Assembly (NCBI GenBank): GCA_013265495.1 | Contig: MU057887.1 | Coordinates: 2,513,576 to 2,577,575 of the forward strand | DNA from: Vicugna vicugna | Lineage: Eukaryota | Direction: 5' to 3' | Length of the DNA stretch: 64,000 bases | Shown here: one piece after another, positions 1-13,017 of the stretch | How the letters are laid out: each line of letters starts with the position of its first letter | How positions within the stretch are numbered: the first letter of the stretch is position 1 | Made by a program: the position numbers and the translations under genes | The notes under the pieces: model-generated | The model's input: only the letters and a program-made list of their open reading frames with translations | Databases searched by the model: none | Told to the model about the DNA's origin: nothing

Positions 1-3000
1 TGGTCTTCACAACGAGGAGCCAGTGCTCGCTGCTTTCTCAACCAGTGCTGACTCTCCTTGGTTATTTCATAAGCAGATGTCTTACCCGAATACCAGCCTC
101 CATCAGGCTGTGAGCAGTGTCTCGATTTTCTTTCTTTATCTCCCACAGACCTCAGCACAGCTCTGGGCAAACGGTGGGAGCTCACTCGCTGGTTTAGTTG
201 GTCTGAGTTCCCAGCCCCTGCCTGAGTGTCTTCACGGCTCATCTCTGCCCTCTGCCACAGCCCTCTCCTCCTGGAGGCTGGAGAATCCTGGTCCTACCGC
301 CCACAGTCTTATGCCTTGAGCGACTCCGACCTGATTCCCACTCCGTCAGAACACAGGCAAATTCTGATCAAAGCTTCCACCCAGAAAGTCTAGGGCACAG
401 CGCTGTCTCCACACCTCCTACCCCCAGCCGTCAGGAGCCTCGGACGTCCAGCCCATCCAGCAACCGGCAAGTCCCCTTTGGCTCAACATTGTCCTCTTAA
501 ATTCTCCAAAGTTTGCTCTGCGACCACAGACGTGGGCCTTGTTTTAGAAGACAAAAGAGAAGGTAGAACCTTCCAGAACATGGCCCCAGGCTGTAAGTCT
601 CAGGCATTGGGGCACGGGGAGGAGCGGGTCAGGCCCTGCAGTATGGCTGGGTTATGTGTGTGGGGTGTGGCTTGGGGTCAAGGGGGCAGCAGGCGGGAGC
701 AGGGGGGGCCACGCTCAGGGTCTGCAGGTGACGCTGCAGGTGGCAGGGGCTGCGAGGGGCACTGAACGCTCGGCTGTCCCCCTCAGTCCTGACGCCACGG
801 ACGGAAAGTGCCTGCCATGATGTGTTGTAAATCGCTTTCTGTGTATGTGAACCCCAGACTCTTCCCACGTTCAAAAAGAAATGTAGCAAGAAAAATCAAC
901 CGAAGTCCGGGATGGGTTAAGGGACGCGCGGCAGCTGAAGGTGTCCTGGTGGGGTGTCTGCCGAAGGCTGGGTCACTTGTGGGGTCTGTGCGGCCCAGTT
1001 GCCACCTGTCTGTCCCAAGAAACCCGGAGAGGATGGGCGAGCCGGCAGAGAGGAGGGCATGCTCTCGGGCCCAGAGACAGGGCAGAGGCGGGCTTTGAGG
1101 GGAACGGTGTTGGGGCAGCGCGCGCCCCCAATGCCAGGCTCGGTGGCGGGCCTTTGATCCCGGAGCCCGGGTGTTTTCCGCGTAGGATCCAGGGAAACCC
1201 ACCCCAGGCCCACTCGGTGACACAGGCGTCTGCAGAGCGCCCCTCCGTCGAGGGCCGGGGTGTCCCGAGTCCTCACTTTCTGTAGAAGATGCAGTTTTGC
1301 TTCCCTTGGAAGCCGGCCTCTGCTTGCAACGCACCGCCGCTCTATCATTTTAAATTAAATTGTTCTTGTTGTGTCTGTATCCCTATGTGGGCTTTAATTC
1401 ACGTGAATCCAACTGTACTGCCCTCGGGAGGTTGCTCACTGCGGTGTCAGAGTTGGATAAATAATAAATAGGACACATCAGGGTCCCATGTGCCCGCCTG
1501 GCAGGGCGGCGCTGCTGGTGTCTCTTCCAGGCGGCACAGCGGCCGGGCCGGGCAGGGGCTGCGACACGCCCGGGCTGGGCTCCCGGCCCGACTTACATCC
1601 GGTTCTGAGCGGACGTCCCTTTGCGGGGAGGCTCCTCAAGGTCAGCGTCCTCCCTGCACATCTGACGTAAGTCACGCCCCGCGCTCCTCGGCCGCCCACG
1701 CCCTGCGGGGCTGCAGCTTCTGGCTCCTGTGGATCTGGGGCTGAAGAGACTGCAGGCAGGCCAGGAGCAGGTGTGACCAGTTCGCTGGAGGACGCTGGGC
1801 TGATGTGACTTGGTGGACGGGGGGAGGTGAGGCTCCCGGCTGCTGTGGGCGAGGCTCCTGGGACCCAGGCGCTGAGCTGGACGCAGACCCTGTGATGCTG
1901 GGGAAGCAACCACCCGGGGCCTTGGTCACCTGGCCTGTCTCACCCACAGGCACATCCCACGGCTGCACCTCGTCTGTCTGGGGACGCGGGACCCAATCCT
2001 TGAGTCCTGTGAGGCCGCAGCTACTGGGTGCCTCAGTCTTCACGCAGGAGGAGTTAAGGGCAAAGGGGGAGACATAACATCAGAGAAGACGTACCCGGGG
2101 TGCGTGTGTCTCAGGGGTGCTGGCCGGGGGACCTGGAATCTGATACAGAGAGAAAGCAAAGATTCCAGAAAGAACCCGCCCTTCCTGTCCATCACGACTT
2201 GCGTCTCATTTCCGATTCCTCAAACAGAGAGTCAAGCCCCTTCCCCCGCCCCGCCCGGCGGGCCCTGCGGCCCTGAATGTGGTCAACATTCTTCCCACAA
2301 ACTGAGCCAGCAGCCAGGCCGCGCCTGAATGCGGCAAAGCCCCCCGAGAACGCATTCTGGACTTTCATTCTATGTTTGCTCCAAAGGAGGGACTTTTCAC
2401 CTGGGAGCCCCCTGTGGCCTTTGGGGAGGAGGTGTGACAGCCCGGATGTCACAGAGCTGCAGGGATCCACACACGGGCGCTTCTGGGTACAGTCCAGCAG
2501 CCACTGCCCGATGCTCAAAGGGCAGGTGGGGTGTCCCCCCAGAGCCCGGCAGTCCCGGTGCCTCTCGCAGGAGAAGAGCTGCCCCTGGGAGCACATGGTC
2601 CCTGGGAGCATCACTTCCTGCCGCGTTTCTGGAAGGCAGAGAGAAATGAGTAGCTCTGCGATGGTGGGAGTATGGAGCAATTACAGTCCATCCTCTCTAA
2701 GCATGGCAGCTCCTGGACCCCCAAGATGGAAACGTCACATTAAACGAGAATTAACCATGCGAGCATGGCTACCCCTTAACAAGAGGCTGCCCCCACTTGG
2801 AATCAGCTCGGGAAAGCCAGGTCGCGGACACCGCCTGAGCACCTGCTGGGGCCGTGGCACCGGGAGACCGGCCGGCCGCGGTGGTGGCCCCGTGGGCGGT
2901 CTGCACCTCTCCTCTTCCCGCCCTCCTCAGCAGCCCCGGTCCAGCCGTGTCCAAGTCAGTCACCTGACATCGCTGTGGGGGGCCTCCTGGGCCCTGGCAG

Positions 3001-3149
3001 AACAGCCCTCTGAGGTCTGTGGGGGCCTCCAAACCCCAGAAAGAAAGTGGAAGAAACAAGTGAAATGGTCGAAGCACAAAGGCATATTTTGGGAACCACA
3101 GGCAAAATGGCCCAATCGAGGACCAGAGCGGCTGAGGCTGGGACTTTGA

Positions 3150-4350
3150 GGGGCTGACGAGGCTCGCAGAGAGCGACCACGGGAGGCACAGAGGGTGCGA
3201 TAGCCCTGGGGACACGGGCGGCTTCGCAGAAAATATAATCCCACTGAGACTGAACAGAGAAGAACGGCAGGGCCGGGCAGCCGGCCGGGACCCGAGAGGG
3301 CAGCTGGGGAACCGCCCCGAAGACCAGCCCCCTGAACTTCAGACCAGCCGGCTGGGCGCTGTCCCCGAGACGCCGCGGAGGGGCGAGCGACTCCGCCGAG
3401 CGCTCGGCCCGGCCCCCGCCCCAGACCCCGCCCCAGCCTCGGCCTGTGGGCAGCACCCCCGTCTGTCCTGTTCCTGGACCTTAAAGCCCCAGCACCGCCG
3501 CTGTCCATCACGCCTCCTGTGCCAGCATCGCCACACCTGTCAGGTCCACCCTACGTGTGTCTGAGCCCCGTCGCCTCTTTCCTGGGTGACGGTGACCATC
3601 CGCCTACTTTCCCGTAAGGAGGAGGCCATGTGGTCTGAGGGCATCAGAGGAGGGAGCCGCTCTGGGCAGGGAGCCCAGAGGCAGGAGGGACGGTGCCGCC
3701 TTGTCCTGCTTCCTGGGAGTGGGAGCGCTTAGCACAGCCAGGACGGAGGAAACGCACAGCCCGCGGAGGGCTTAGAGTGGCGGGGACGCACACCTAATGC
3801 TTCACGGTTTGTCTGGAGCCGCGCAGCGATCCTGACTCGGCTGCCTGGAGCCCCCGTTGCTGGTCTCCCCAGAGCCACCCTGAACGCCCCCCAGCTCGGG
3901 TCTAACGGTGCGCTCGCAGCGAGCTTTCTCAACAGAGCTTGTCCACGTGCAGCTCCGCAGGTGGCCAGCTCTCCTCGCGGGCACAGTCCACTGTTTCCAA
4001 AAATCCCACTCACCCCCCGGCAGTGGAGTTGCTCGCTGGTGCTCTCACCCCCGACTTTGAATCGCGGTGCGTGTGATCTCACGGGGGAGCGTAAACTCAA
4101 AGGAGTCGATCAGACCAACGAGCCGAGCAGGCGAGGGACAAACAGGATTCCATCCTGCCTCAGTCCCAAGCCCGCCGGGTGTCAGACGGGCCCCTAGGCG
4201 CGGCGCGCGGCAGTGGTTGCCAGGAGCCCGCCCCGGGGTAAGTGGGCCAGAGCTTGGGCCCGGGGTCCTCCGATGGGTGAGCGGCCGTCGACAAGGCGCA
4301 GACGTGTCGGGGCCTCTGCCGCCTGCGTAACCGTGCCTGGGAAGCTGGCC
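3150..4350. promoter_or_regulatory. CpG island / candidate promoter
   Basis: Dense CpG. GC boxes CCCCGCCCC at 3414-3422 and 3426-3434, an RFX-like half site GTTGCCAGG at 4216, and a strong + strand donor GGG|GTAAGT at 4238. Confidence 0.55.
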
Positions 4351-4399
4351 TGAGCTGAGGGGAGCCATGCTGGCACACAGCATGCTTGCTTAACAAGTG

Positions 4400-4720
4400 T
4401 CAGGTACGGCTGCTCGCCACGGCCGGGCCTCTCTGATAGTTCTTCCTCTTTCTGCGTCTACATCTGCTCCCCTGCAACTCCCTTCCATATGTCTGGTTCC
4501 AATCCCCACGGCCACCCCCAAGAGGCCTGCCCTCCCTCGCACACGACGGCCCATCAGGGACGCTTGAAGACAGGAATCATCTTCCTCCAAACCTTCGCCT
4601 TCCTTCCTGCACACGCCCGACTCCCCCACCAGCTGCATCCCTGTTGGATGCTCTGTCGAACGCCTGGTGTTACTACGCGGCTGCCAACAAGGCTGGACCC
4701 CTGTTAGCACGGTGCAGGCT
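4400..4720 (+). mobile_element. L2 LINE relic
   Basis: Pyrimidine-rich stretch resembling the recalled L2 3' region. Heavily diverged. Confidence 0.35.
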
Positions 4721-5624
4721 GACTCAGGGGCCGCTTTCTGCTCCCGTATTCCCTGGAATAGATCATCCTGAGAAATGTCTTTGCATCCTTAAAAGGTAAT
4801 AATTTACTTTTTCTAAGTTGTTTTGAGCTTCAGATTTCCTAGTGGGTTGCAGAATGCCTAAAACTTTCTTTGGGGGAATAAAATTTCTACTTAGTAAGTC
4901 AGAAACCTGTCCACTCACTGGGATGTCGGGGCTGGATTGTGGGAGGGGAGTGTTTGCATGCACTGAGTTTCTCCTGGAGGACAGTCTGCCCCGTGACCAG
5001 GCACTGAAGGAGGCATCCTTGTCAGACGTGCAGCAAAGGCTCTCGGGGAGAGTGGCAGCCCGGCACGGTCCTCTGGGTGCGGTCCTGAGACACGAAGGTC
5101 TCCCTAAGGTTTCCAGAGTTTGGACTCGTCCCGTCAGCTGCTCTGTGTTTGCTGACCCCTCCAAGGAGGGCCCCTGCACCTCCAGAGGAGCTCCTGTGTC
5201 ATCAAGGTTTCTGACTGCCGCACAGGGTGGCCTCTGTCCTGCACAGCATCGGGCTCCCTCCGCACAGGACGCTCTGGCATTGACGTGCTCTCCCGCCTCC
5301 GTCGTGGCCCCGCCTCTGCCTCCAACTCCCTGCACATTGCGCCTCTCTCGGCTCTTCCAACCTGGTTCCAGTTTCAGCAGCTCCAGGGTCTTCCTCCACC
5401 CCTCCGCCTGCTCCTTCCGTGGGACAGACCTTCCTGAGGGAGGACTTGCCAGCTAGGAGGTTCTCAGGTTGAGATCCACGCAAGCAGCCGACTCTCCACT
5501 TTGCAGTTAGATAGCGTCCCCCTCCTTGGAATCTCATCACTCACACGGTCTCCTCACACAGAGTGCCAGGGACTTGCCCACGTGTGAAGTCTGCCCACTG
5601 TCCTGTGATACACAGACTGGCGTG

Positions 5625-5720
5625 TTTTTCTTTTCAGATGAGAATTCTGAGGCCTGGGAAATTTGCAGACTTGCCCAAAGTCACACACTGAGTTTGCAGC
5701 AAGACTGAAAAGAAAACCCG
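5625..5720 (-). mobile_element. MIR SINE fragment
   Basis: ttttcagatgagaattctgaggc...gacttgcccaaagtcacaca matches the antisense MIR core. Confidence 0.75.
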
Positions 5721-6082
5721 CTGGCCTGGATTCTAGTAGTCCCCACCAGGAGTCCACACCTCCATTCTACACTGCCAGTCCACACAGGCATTCCCCGCTG
5801 CCAGTCCCCGCTGCCAGTCCCCACAGCCAGTCCACACTGATTCTAGCACACTAGGGCTCACCGTATTCAGAAGCAAGGACATTGCCCCCCCCCCATTATC
5901 ACTGATAAAACAGGTCTACAGGGGTTAGGGTACAAATCCCCACCACAGACAATGATGGACAGAGAATCTAGCCAGAGGTCCCAGTGTCCCACGACGACGC
6001 ACACCAGTCTGAGCAGCTCTTCAGCCCCAGGCGCTGTGCGGGGCAGGGGTGGGAAAGGGAGCCCAGCTACGGGAGGCAGCGG

Positions 6083-6096
6083 GTTGCCATGGGGAC
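6083..6096. promoter_or_regulatory. RFX X-box-like motif
   Basis: GTTGCCATGGGGAC versus consensus GTTGCCATGGCAAC. Confidence 0.4.
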
Positions 6097-6883
6097 AACG
6101 ACTGGGGAAGAGTCACGGGGGAGAGGACGTCGTGGGTGGGAGAGCGCTTGCAGAGCCCACGTGCGGGCGGGCTGTTTATTTTTTCCGAGCACACCCTCAG
6201 CGCTGCCTTCTGAACGCCCTGATGAACACTTCGCAAAGCCCCGAAGCGGTGTGAGGCGGCTCTCCTCGTTCCCCTCTGCCGACAAGGCTCTGAGCTCCTG
6301 GGAGTTTCTACTCCAGTGCCCAGGGTCAGGCAGCAAGCAGGAGTCCCCGCCGTCCTCCACTGATGTCCCTGCAATGGCGGTGTCCGTGGGGCTTCCAGTA
6401 AATGAGTGAGTAAGGACCACGCGACTATGGTGAGCACGGCCGCGCCGTCTCCTTGAACTCGCTTCTGCCCGAGCCGCGAGCTCGGAGCTCGGGGGCCAGA
6501 CCGTATTTCACCGGCTGCAGCACTTCCCGTGTGGACGGGGCAGTTGAGCACAACCACAGAGAAGCGGCCTTCACCCGCACACCGGAAACGCTCCTGATCC
6601 AGGCAGCCCGTTGGATCTCAGGGGTCAGCCAAGCAGAAAGGGCTGAGGCAGCACTCCAGGCACCAGCGTGAGTGAGAAACCAGGGAAACCGGGGGAGATG
6701 GCCCCGATGCTCCAGGCTGAGCGAGGAGGAGAACGGGGTCCCCTCCCTGCTGCCAGCCCCTCCTCCCCGGGCTGCCGTGAGCAGCGGGCCGCGTGGGGAG
6801 CTGGATCCAGGCTGTCAACATGAGGGCTTTGACAAGACTGGTTCTGACAGCCTCAGAGAGCTGCAAACATCCCGGCATTGTGG

Positions 6884-6893
6884 CTATTTATAG
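6884..6893. promoter_or_regulatory. MEF2 consensus site
   Basis: CTATTTATAG exactly fits YTA(W)4TAR, in a GC-rich background. Confidence 0.4.
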
Positions 6894-7284
6894 CTCGGCG
6901 CTGCTCGTCACCCAGAAACAGGGAAACTAAACAAAGCCATTTGGTAAGAGACTTGGGCAGCCTCCATGCGGACAGTGCTTCCCTCAGGGGAAGATCTGTC
7001 CACGTGGGCACTGGGGCCATGCGGTCGCTCCCTGGACGGGAAGCCAGCTGGTCCCTCACTGTGGAGCCAAGATGGCCCGGGCTCTCGGGAGCTGGTGCCG
7101 AGCTCATCCCGGCCAGTGCCCGGCCCCCCGACTGGCATGATCAGCTGGGGAGGCCCAGCGAAGTCTAGGGGCCTTGGGCCGACCCCAGAGCTTCTGCCTT
7201 GCTTACGTGGGGTGTGGCCTGGGCACCAGGAGATTTTAAACTTCCTAAATGACTTCATTAAGCAGCCGATCAGGAGACCTGGAA

Positions 7285-7350
7285 GCAGAATATGTGGCTT
7301 GGGCGAGTTATTTACTCCTCTGAGCCCCAGTTTCCCTCTCGGCATGAGAA
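7285..7350 (+). mobile_element. MIR SINE fragment
   Basis: tgtggcttgggcgagttatttactcctctgagccccagtttcc is the MIR core. Confidence 0.65.
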
Positions 7351-8759
7351 AGCGCTCAGACCAATAATTTAGAATCCATTTTGCGGGGCTGAGTTCCTCT
7401 ACCATTTAAACGCCTTCCTCAAGCACGATGCCCTTTGTAACTCACATTTTCTGGTTCGTGCGGCTGGGGAGGAAGACAGCCGTGAGGGAGGGGACAGGGC
7501 AGCTCGGCTTTCTGGCTCCCAGGCCAGGCACACCCCCTCCTGCAGGCCGGCGAGGAGCCCGCTGCCAGCCCTCGGGGGGCCGCTCGGTCCTTACAGGCTC
7601 GTGCAGAGATGCGTCGATGTATTAAGTCGGTCTGAAGTGTCTCCCGCAGTGATCTTGTCGGTGTGCTTTCTGTCTGATTGCTGGTGTGCCGCTGGCTGTG
7701 ACATCCGCTTCTTCACTCTCGGTGCCCAAGCCGCTCTCAGAGTCTATTACCCAGCATCATTTCTATCCTGAGTGAGCCTGCGCTGCTTCAGAGAAGAAAG
7801 GAGTCTCACGGGAAGTGAAGAGACCTCTCCTCTCTCGTGTGATGAGCTGACAGAGAGATAAAAGCCACCAAACACCAGGAGGAGGCGGGAGGGGAGCCCC
7901 CACACCGGCTGCGGATGGGCCTCCAGCCGCTTCCCTTCCAGCCTGCTTGCTGCAGTCCTGAGGCACGTTCCTGGCAGATAAACCCCTCACGGCCTTCCCC
8001 CCTTCGAATCCCTCTGTGGCTTTCCTGGGACCCTCGCAGCACCCCTCACACCTACCCCTCCTTTGTGTCCTACGCTGAGGCCTCCGCCCCCCACCCTGGG
8101 GCCTCTCCAAGCTCCCCGAGCTCCAGGGATGCAGACAGAGCTCCCTGTAAATGCCTCAGCTCTCCCTGTGGGCCAGGCTTCTCAAGGCTGGTCCCCAGGT
8201 CAGAATCTCCGAGTCCCAAAACCAGTGCCCACTGGGTCACCTGATCTCATCCGGGCTCTGCCTTGGCTGAGCCTGGGCGTGGCCTGGGCATCAGGATGTC
8301 GATAGCTGGAGGTGGAGGGTTTCTCTGGAATGTCTTCCCCCTGCTTCTTTGCCTAGGGGCCCAACAGGTCCTCCAGGCCCAGGTCCATCCTCAGGGACCC
8401 TGTGATTCCTTCCCCCTCATCCTTCATCCCTCCCTCCAGAGTGAAGAACCCGTTCCACACGTCTCCAGCTCCAGGGAAACACCAATGTGACCCACATGCC
8501 TGTTTTCTGCAGCTCTGGTCCCCACTGGTCCACAGTGAGCCTGAGCTGAGCATGGGCAGGATGTAGCCATCTCTGAGGTCCAGCCCAGGGCGTGGGTCCT
8601 GCGTCCTGCACCTGCATCCCGGCCATCCCGCGCTTCTCCTGGCAACCCGCCCCTGTGTCTGCAGGTGCTGTTGGTGTCACTGAGATCGGCCTTCTGATGG
8701 TGTCCAAATCCCACTCAACTGTCAGAGCAAGGGCGAGTCACAGCACAGCTCTGGGCTGT

Positions 8760-9335
8760 GTTACAGGTCCACGCGTGTCTTCCACAACAGCCGTGCTCAG
8801 GTTATAAACCCCACACCTGTGATGTGTGTCTCTTTGGAAATAAAATCTCTACAGATGTCATCAGTGAAATGAGGTCACACTGGATGAGGGTGGCCCTAAG
8901 CTGGAGACTGGTGCTGTTGCAAGAAGAGGGAAATTCATACCCAGAGGCTCAGGGAAGACAGACGTGTGAAAATGGGGCTGAGCTGGAGCGACGCAGCCAT
9001 GAAGCCTGGAAGCCCAAGGACCATCCTCACAGCCTCAGACAATGCAAGCGGCGAGGAAGGGCCCTTCCCCAGGGCCGTGAAGACGGCAGGGCCTCACAAG
9101 GGAACCACGTGCTCCCCAGGAGCCTTGCAATGGCCTATGAAAAAGCATATGAGAAGAAATACATAAATGCACAAATGAATCACTGTGCTGTACACCAGAA
9201 ATTAACGCAACATTGTAAACTGGCTATACTTCAATTAAAAATAAATAAAATAAGATAAAGTATTTTTTAAAAAGGCAATGGGGCCCTGCTGATGCTTGGT
9301 TTCAGATCTCTGACCCCAGGACTGAGGCTGTGTCA
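8760..9335 (+). mobile_element. MLT1 (MaLR) LTR interrupted by a younger L1 3' end
   Basis: tttggaaataaaatctctacagatgt...tgaggtcacactggatgagggtggccctaa and ggccctgctgatgcttggtttcagatctct resemble MLT1. Confidence 0.75.
9095..9270 (+). mobile_element. 5'-truncated cetartiodactyl-type L1 3' end
   Basis: tgaatcactgtgctgtacaccagaaattaacgcaacattgtaaactggctatacttcaattaaaa followed by an A-rich tail. Confidence 0.85.
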
Positions 9336-11142
9336 CCGCATGGAGGAAGCTGGTAGAGCCTGAGAAACCTCAGGCAGCGTCCCTTTCCCGGCCCTGTGGT
9401 CCAGGGCCTGAGCGGCCTGGGCCTGCCCCAGTGCCTTCTCTGCTCCGGACCTACTGGAAACGGGGGCCTGTGGGCTTCTCAGGAGATGGGCCACGTGGAG
9501 GTGTGTGTTGCCTCCAACACCTAAACCCCAGCACCCGTGGGTGTGGGCCTCCTTCTCATGGTCAAGGGAACCAGAGGCCGCAGTACGCCCACCCCTTTGG
9601 AGGGGACCTGCTGCCACACCACAGCCCGCTGAACCCCTAGAGCCTCCATCCAGGCAGCAGCTTTGTGCAGCTTCAGGAAGTGCATGGACAGTGGGGGAGG
9701 CAGTTCAGGGGGATGCTGGGCTCACAACAGACAGTCCAGCCAGGTACTAGTGGAGGCCAGGGGGAGGGGGGCACGGTTCAGGGAAGGATGACATGGTTGG
9801 TCGGGACAAGAGGGAACACAAAAGCCTTCAAGGCTGAGAAAACAGACAGACACACTTTGAAACCCTTGACCCTTCCCTTCCAACATGTAGCCCCTGGTTT
9901 GGGCTGGAGGACCGGTACTGCCGTCAAGTTTCAAAAGGACGGTAAGGAAGCAACTGCAGGTTGAATTAGCTCCTGCAGTGTTTGTCCTAGTTTCTGACTT
10001 GGATATGTTTGAAACCTCCGTCCCGACTTTGAAGATTTCTGAGAGGGGCAGACACACTCCTCCTGCACGTGGCGCCTGGCAGCGGAAGCCCCACCCGGTC
10101 CCTCCTCTCTCAAGTCCTCACTAACAAGGAGCCCTGGCTCCCCATCATGTTCCCCATTTTACACAAGTAAACATCCTTTAATTGAAACTCCTGGGCATTT
10201 AACATTATTTATAACTCTCCGAATTAAAAGCCTCACGGAACCCTGGTTCCCTCTCATAGCCGGTGATTCCCGGACTGCTCCCTAATTATTTGGGAGATGT
10301 TGTGTGTAGCATCACTAATTACAGGGCTGATTTAAAATGGAGCGATCAGAGTTGCCATTTCAAAGGGAGATGAACAGAGAAGCAGATTTGGACTTCAAAG
10401 TTTCCTCTCAAGAGAAGGACCATCCAGGAAGCTTCAGAAGCCAGACTTTTGAGTTTCCACAGAGCTGACGAGAGCTCTGACGTTGGAATTCTTCCATCCC
10501 CGCCTTGTACCCGATCCAGCATTGTCTCTGCTCTCGCCCTCAGCTCCCATGCACGACCTTAGAAGCCCCTTCCTCCACCTGCCAGGGCCCCTTCTCCCAA
10601 AGTGCCCTGGCTCTACTGTGGGTTGGAATTGCAGAAGTGCCCGCTGAAATTCTACACCCTGACTCCCTCCCCTCAGAACCTCTGATCAGTAACCATCGGG
10701 TGGGGTGCAGGGAAACACCCCAGGGAAACCTGATGCACCCCCAGCCATGGACTAGAGCCCTTCCAAGTGACCCTGGCTTAACTTATCCCCTGCTGTGTCT
10801 GTGGCACGCCTTTCCTGAGATGAGGGTCTCCCCAGGCCTCGAGACAATCCCTTTGTGTGGCAGGTGTTGCCTAGTGTCCATCTGGGGCTGAAAAGAGACA
10901 GAAAGGGAGATGAATGTTGGAGACAGAAGCCCTGCCCTTCCGTCAGGACCACGTGGGCCAGCCTCATTTTCGGTGCCCCACTTGCAGACAGATGTCTGTC
11001 TCCCCGCCAGAGCTATTTGTGTCCCTGAAATGCACCCACAGACGGTGCGAAAGCCCTCGGAGGGCCTGCCCTGGCTCGGCCCCCCTCGAGCCCGGCGGCC
11101 GCTCTGTCTGCCGCCCCAGCCCGTGCTTCACGGCCCCGCCGG

Positions 11143-11163
11143 TTCAGCACCTTGGAGAGCGGG
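11143..11163 (+). promoter_or_regulatory. REST/NRSF RE1 element
   Basis: TTCAGCACCTTGGAGAG matches all positions of the 17-bp consensus NTYAGMRCCNNRGMSAG, with the canonical 2-bp spacer. Confidence 0.65.
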
Positions 11164-11344
11164 CCCGGGCTGAGGACCAGGCGCTGGCCTCCGCCTGCTT
11201 TCAGACGCGACCTGGGGCCGGCCTCTGCGCCTGACCCACAGCGAGCGAGAGGCCTCGTTTCAGGAACCGCGTTGCAGCTGCCAGGCCTGAGACTCCTGCG
11301 TGGAGGACGCCCCCACACTGTCACCTCCCTCGCTGCTTAAAGGT

Positions 11345-11950
11345 AGAAGCTACAACTGTAAAAGTTTCAGAAAAACATGAGAGAAAATCTTTAAGCACTT
11401 GCACCGAGGCAGGGTTCTTAAGCCTGACACCAAAGGCCCCAGTCACAAAAGGAAAGTGAGAGCTGGGACCTCATCCGACTGAAAGCTTTTGTCCTTCTGG
11501 ACAAGCCCGTTGTGAGGACGGGAAGACAAGGGAAAGCCTGGGGTGGGGAATATTTGCAAATCATGCACCCGACAGAGGGCTGGCATCCAGAGCACATTTT
11601 GCAGGAAGCCATTCTGCTGAGACCCTTGGCCAGAGCCAGGGGTATGTGTCCAGCCCCCTGACACAGCATCCCGGCAAATGTGGGGTCCTGACCCGCTGCC
11701 TCACCGCCCGGGATGGGGTGGGGTTCACTCACCCTGCATCCCACTGACAATGTCCCAGTGGCAGTGGGGCACTGCCTCCTGTTACCTCATCACCATGGAC
11801 GCCAGTGGGCATCGCTACCGTGAGATGGGGGAGCTGGAGGGTGGACGCACACCACTTTGTCAGGATGGGGCCTCGCTGACCCCAGCGGTGGGGAAGGGGA
11901 GGGCTCCCCAGCCCCGACGAGTACACTCAGGCTTCCGCACTGAGGTGCAG
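11345..11950 (+). mobile_element. Old L1 ORF2 3' relic, GC-shifted
   Basis: aaaacatgagagaaaatctt...aatatttgcaaatcatgcacccgacagagggctggcatccaga follows the L1 ORF2 C-terminal consensus. Confidence 0.75.
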
Positions 11951-12080
11951 TGGGACCCTCAGCTCAGTCCCCTGACACTGTCCTCGCAGGGGAGTCAGAG
12001 CCCCAGCTGGTTCCACGGGGTGGGGTCCCAGACGGGGTGGGAGGAGATGAGCTCGCCGCCAGCCCCGCAGAAACCGCGGG

Positions 12081-12102
12081 GTGTGTGTGTGTGTGTGTGT
12101 GT
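12081..12102. repeat. (GT)11 microsatellite
   Basis: Read directly from the sequence. Confidence 0.95.
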
Positions 12103-12953
12103 GGTTTTTCCCTTGCTAACAGCTTTTATGTTAAGTTTTGTCAAATGCTCTTTTGATCCCAGTGATATAATCAAATGATTTTTCTCCATTAAGCTGATAA
12201 TACAGCATATTACGTTAATTGATTTTCAAATACTAAGCACTCTGCGTTTCCGAGATAAACTTCACGTGATTGTGGCGCATTCGTCGTTTTCTATTTTGCT
12301 GAGTTGACTTAGTTGATATTTTGTGGGAGGCGCCTGCGTCTGTTCAGGAAGGATCTGCACTGCGGCTTCGTTGTTCGCGTGTTTTCTTAGACGGCTTTGT
12401 CCGGGTTGCCGACCTCGTAAAATGAGTTGAGGAGAGTTTTCTTTTCTGCTTTCTGGTGGAGGCTTTGAATGTTTTAGGAAGCTCATCGCTCAAACGGTTT
12501 CATCTGGAGATTTATTTTCTAAAGAAATTTAATTGGAAATTTCATTACTTTAGCAGTTACAGCATGCTCTTGGTAATCCATTTCATATTGAGTGTATTCT
12601 GGTGGTTTGTGGTTTTCAAAAAAGGGACATATCCCATCTAAGTTGTCAAATACGTGTGTAACGTTGTTTGCAGCTTCCCCTTATCACCCTTTAGCTTCTG
12701 TGGGGTCTGTCGTGCTGGCCTCTGTTTCACTCCTGTTCGTGGTAATCTGTGTCTTCCTCCGGATTTTCTTTTTCTGTGTTTATCAACTTTTCAAATTAAA
12801 AAAAAAAGACTCCATTGATTTGTGTATTGTTTTTGTGTTTTCAGTTTTATTAATTTCTGCTCTTTTTTCTAGTTCCTTCTAATTACTTTGGGTTTATTTT
12901 GGATTTTTTAAGTTAATTAAATGTGAGAACTTAGACTATTGATTTTAGGCTCT

Positions 12954-12978
12954 CCTTCCTTCCTTCCTTCCTTCCTTC

Positions 12979-13017
<39 letters not shown>

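Noticed and set aside
2277..3149. Longest ORF (290 aa)
   Set aside because: Non-ATG start, low-complexity composition and no recognisable homology.
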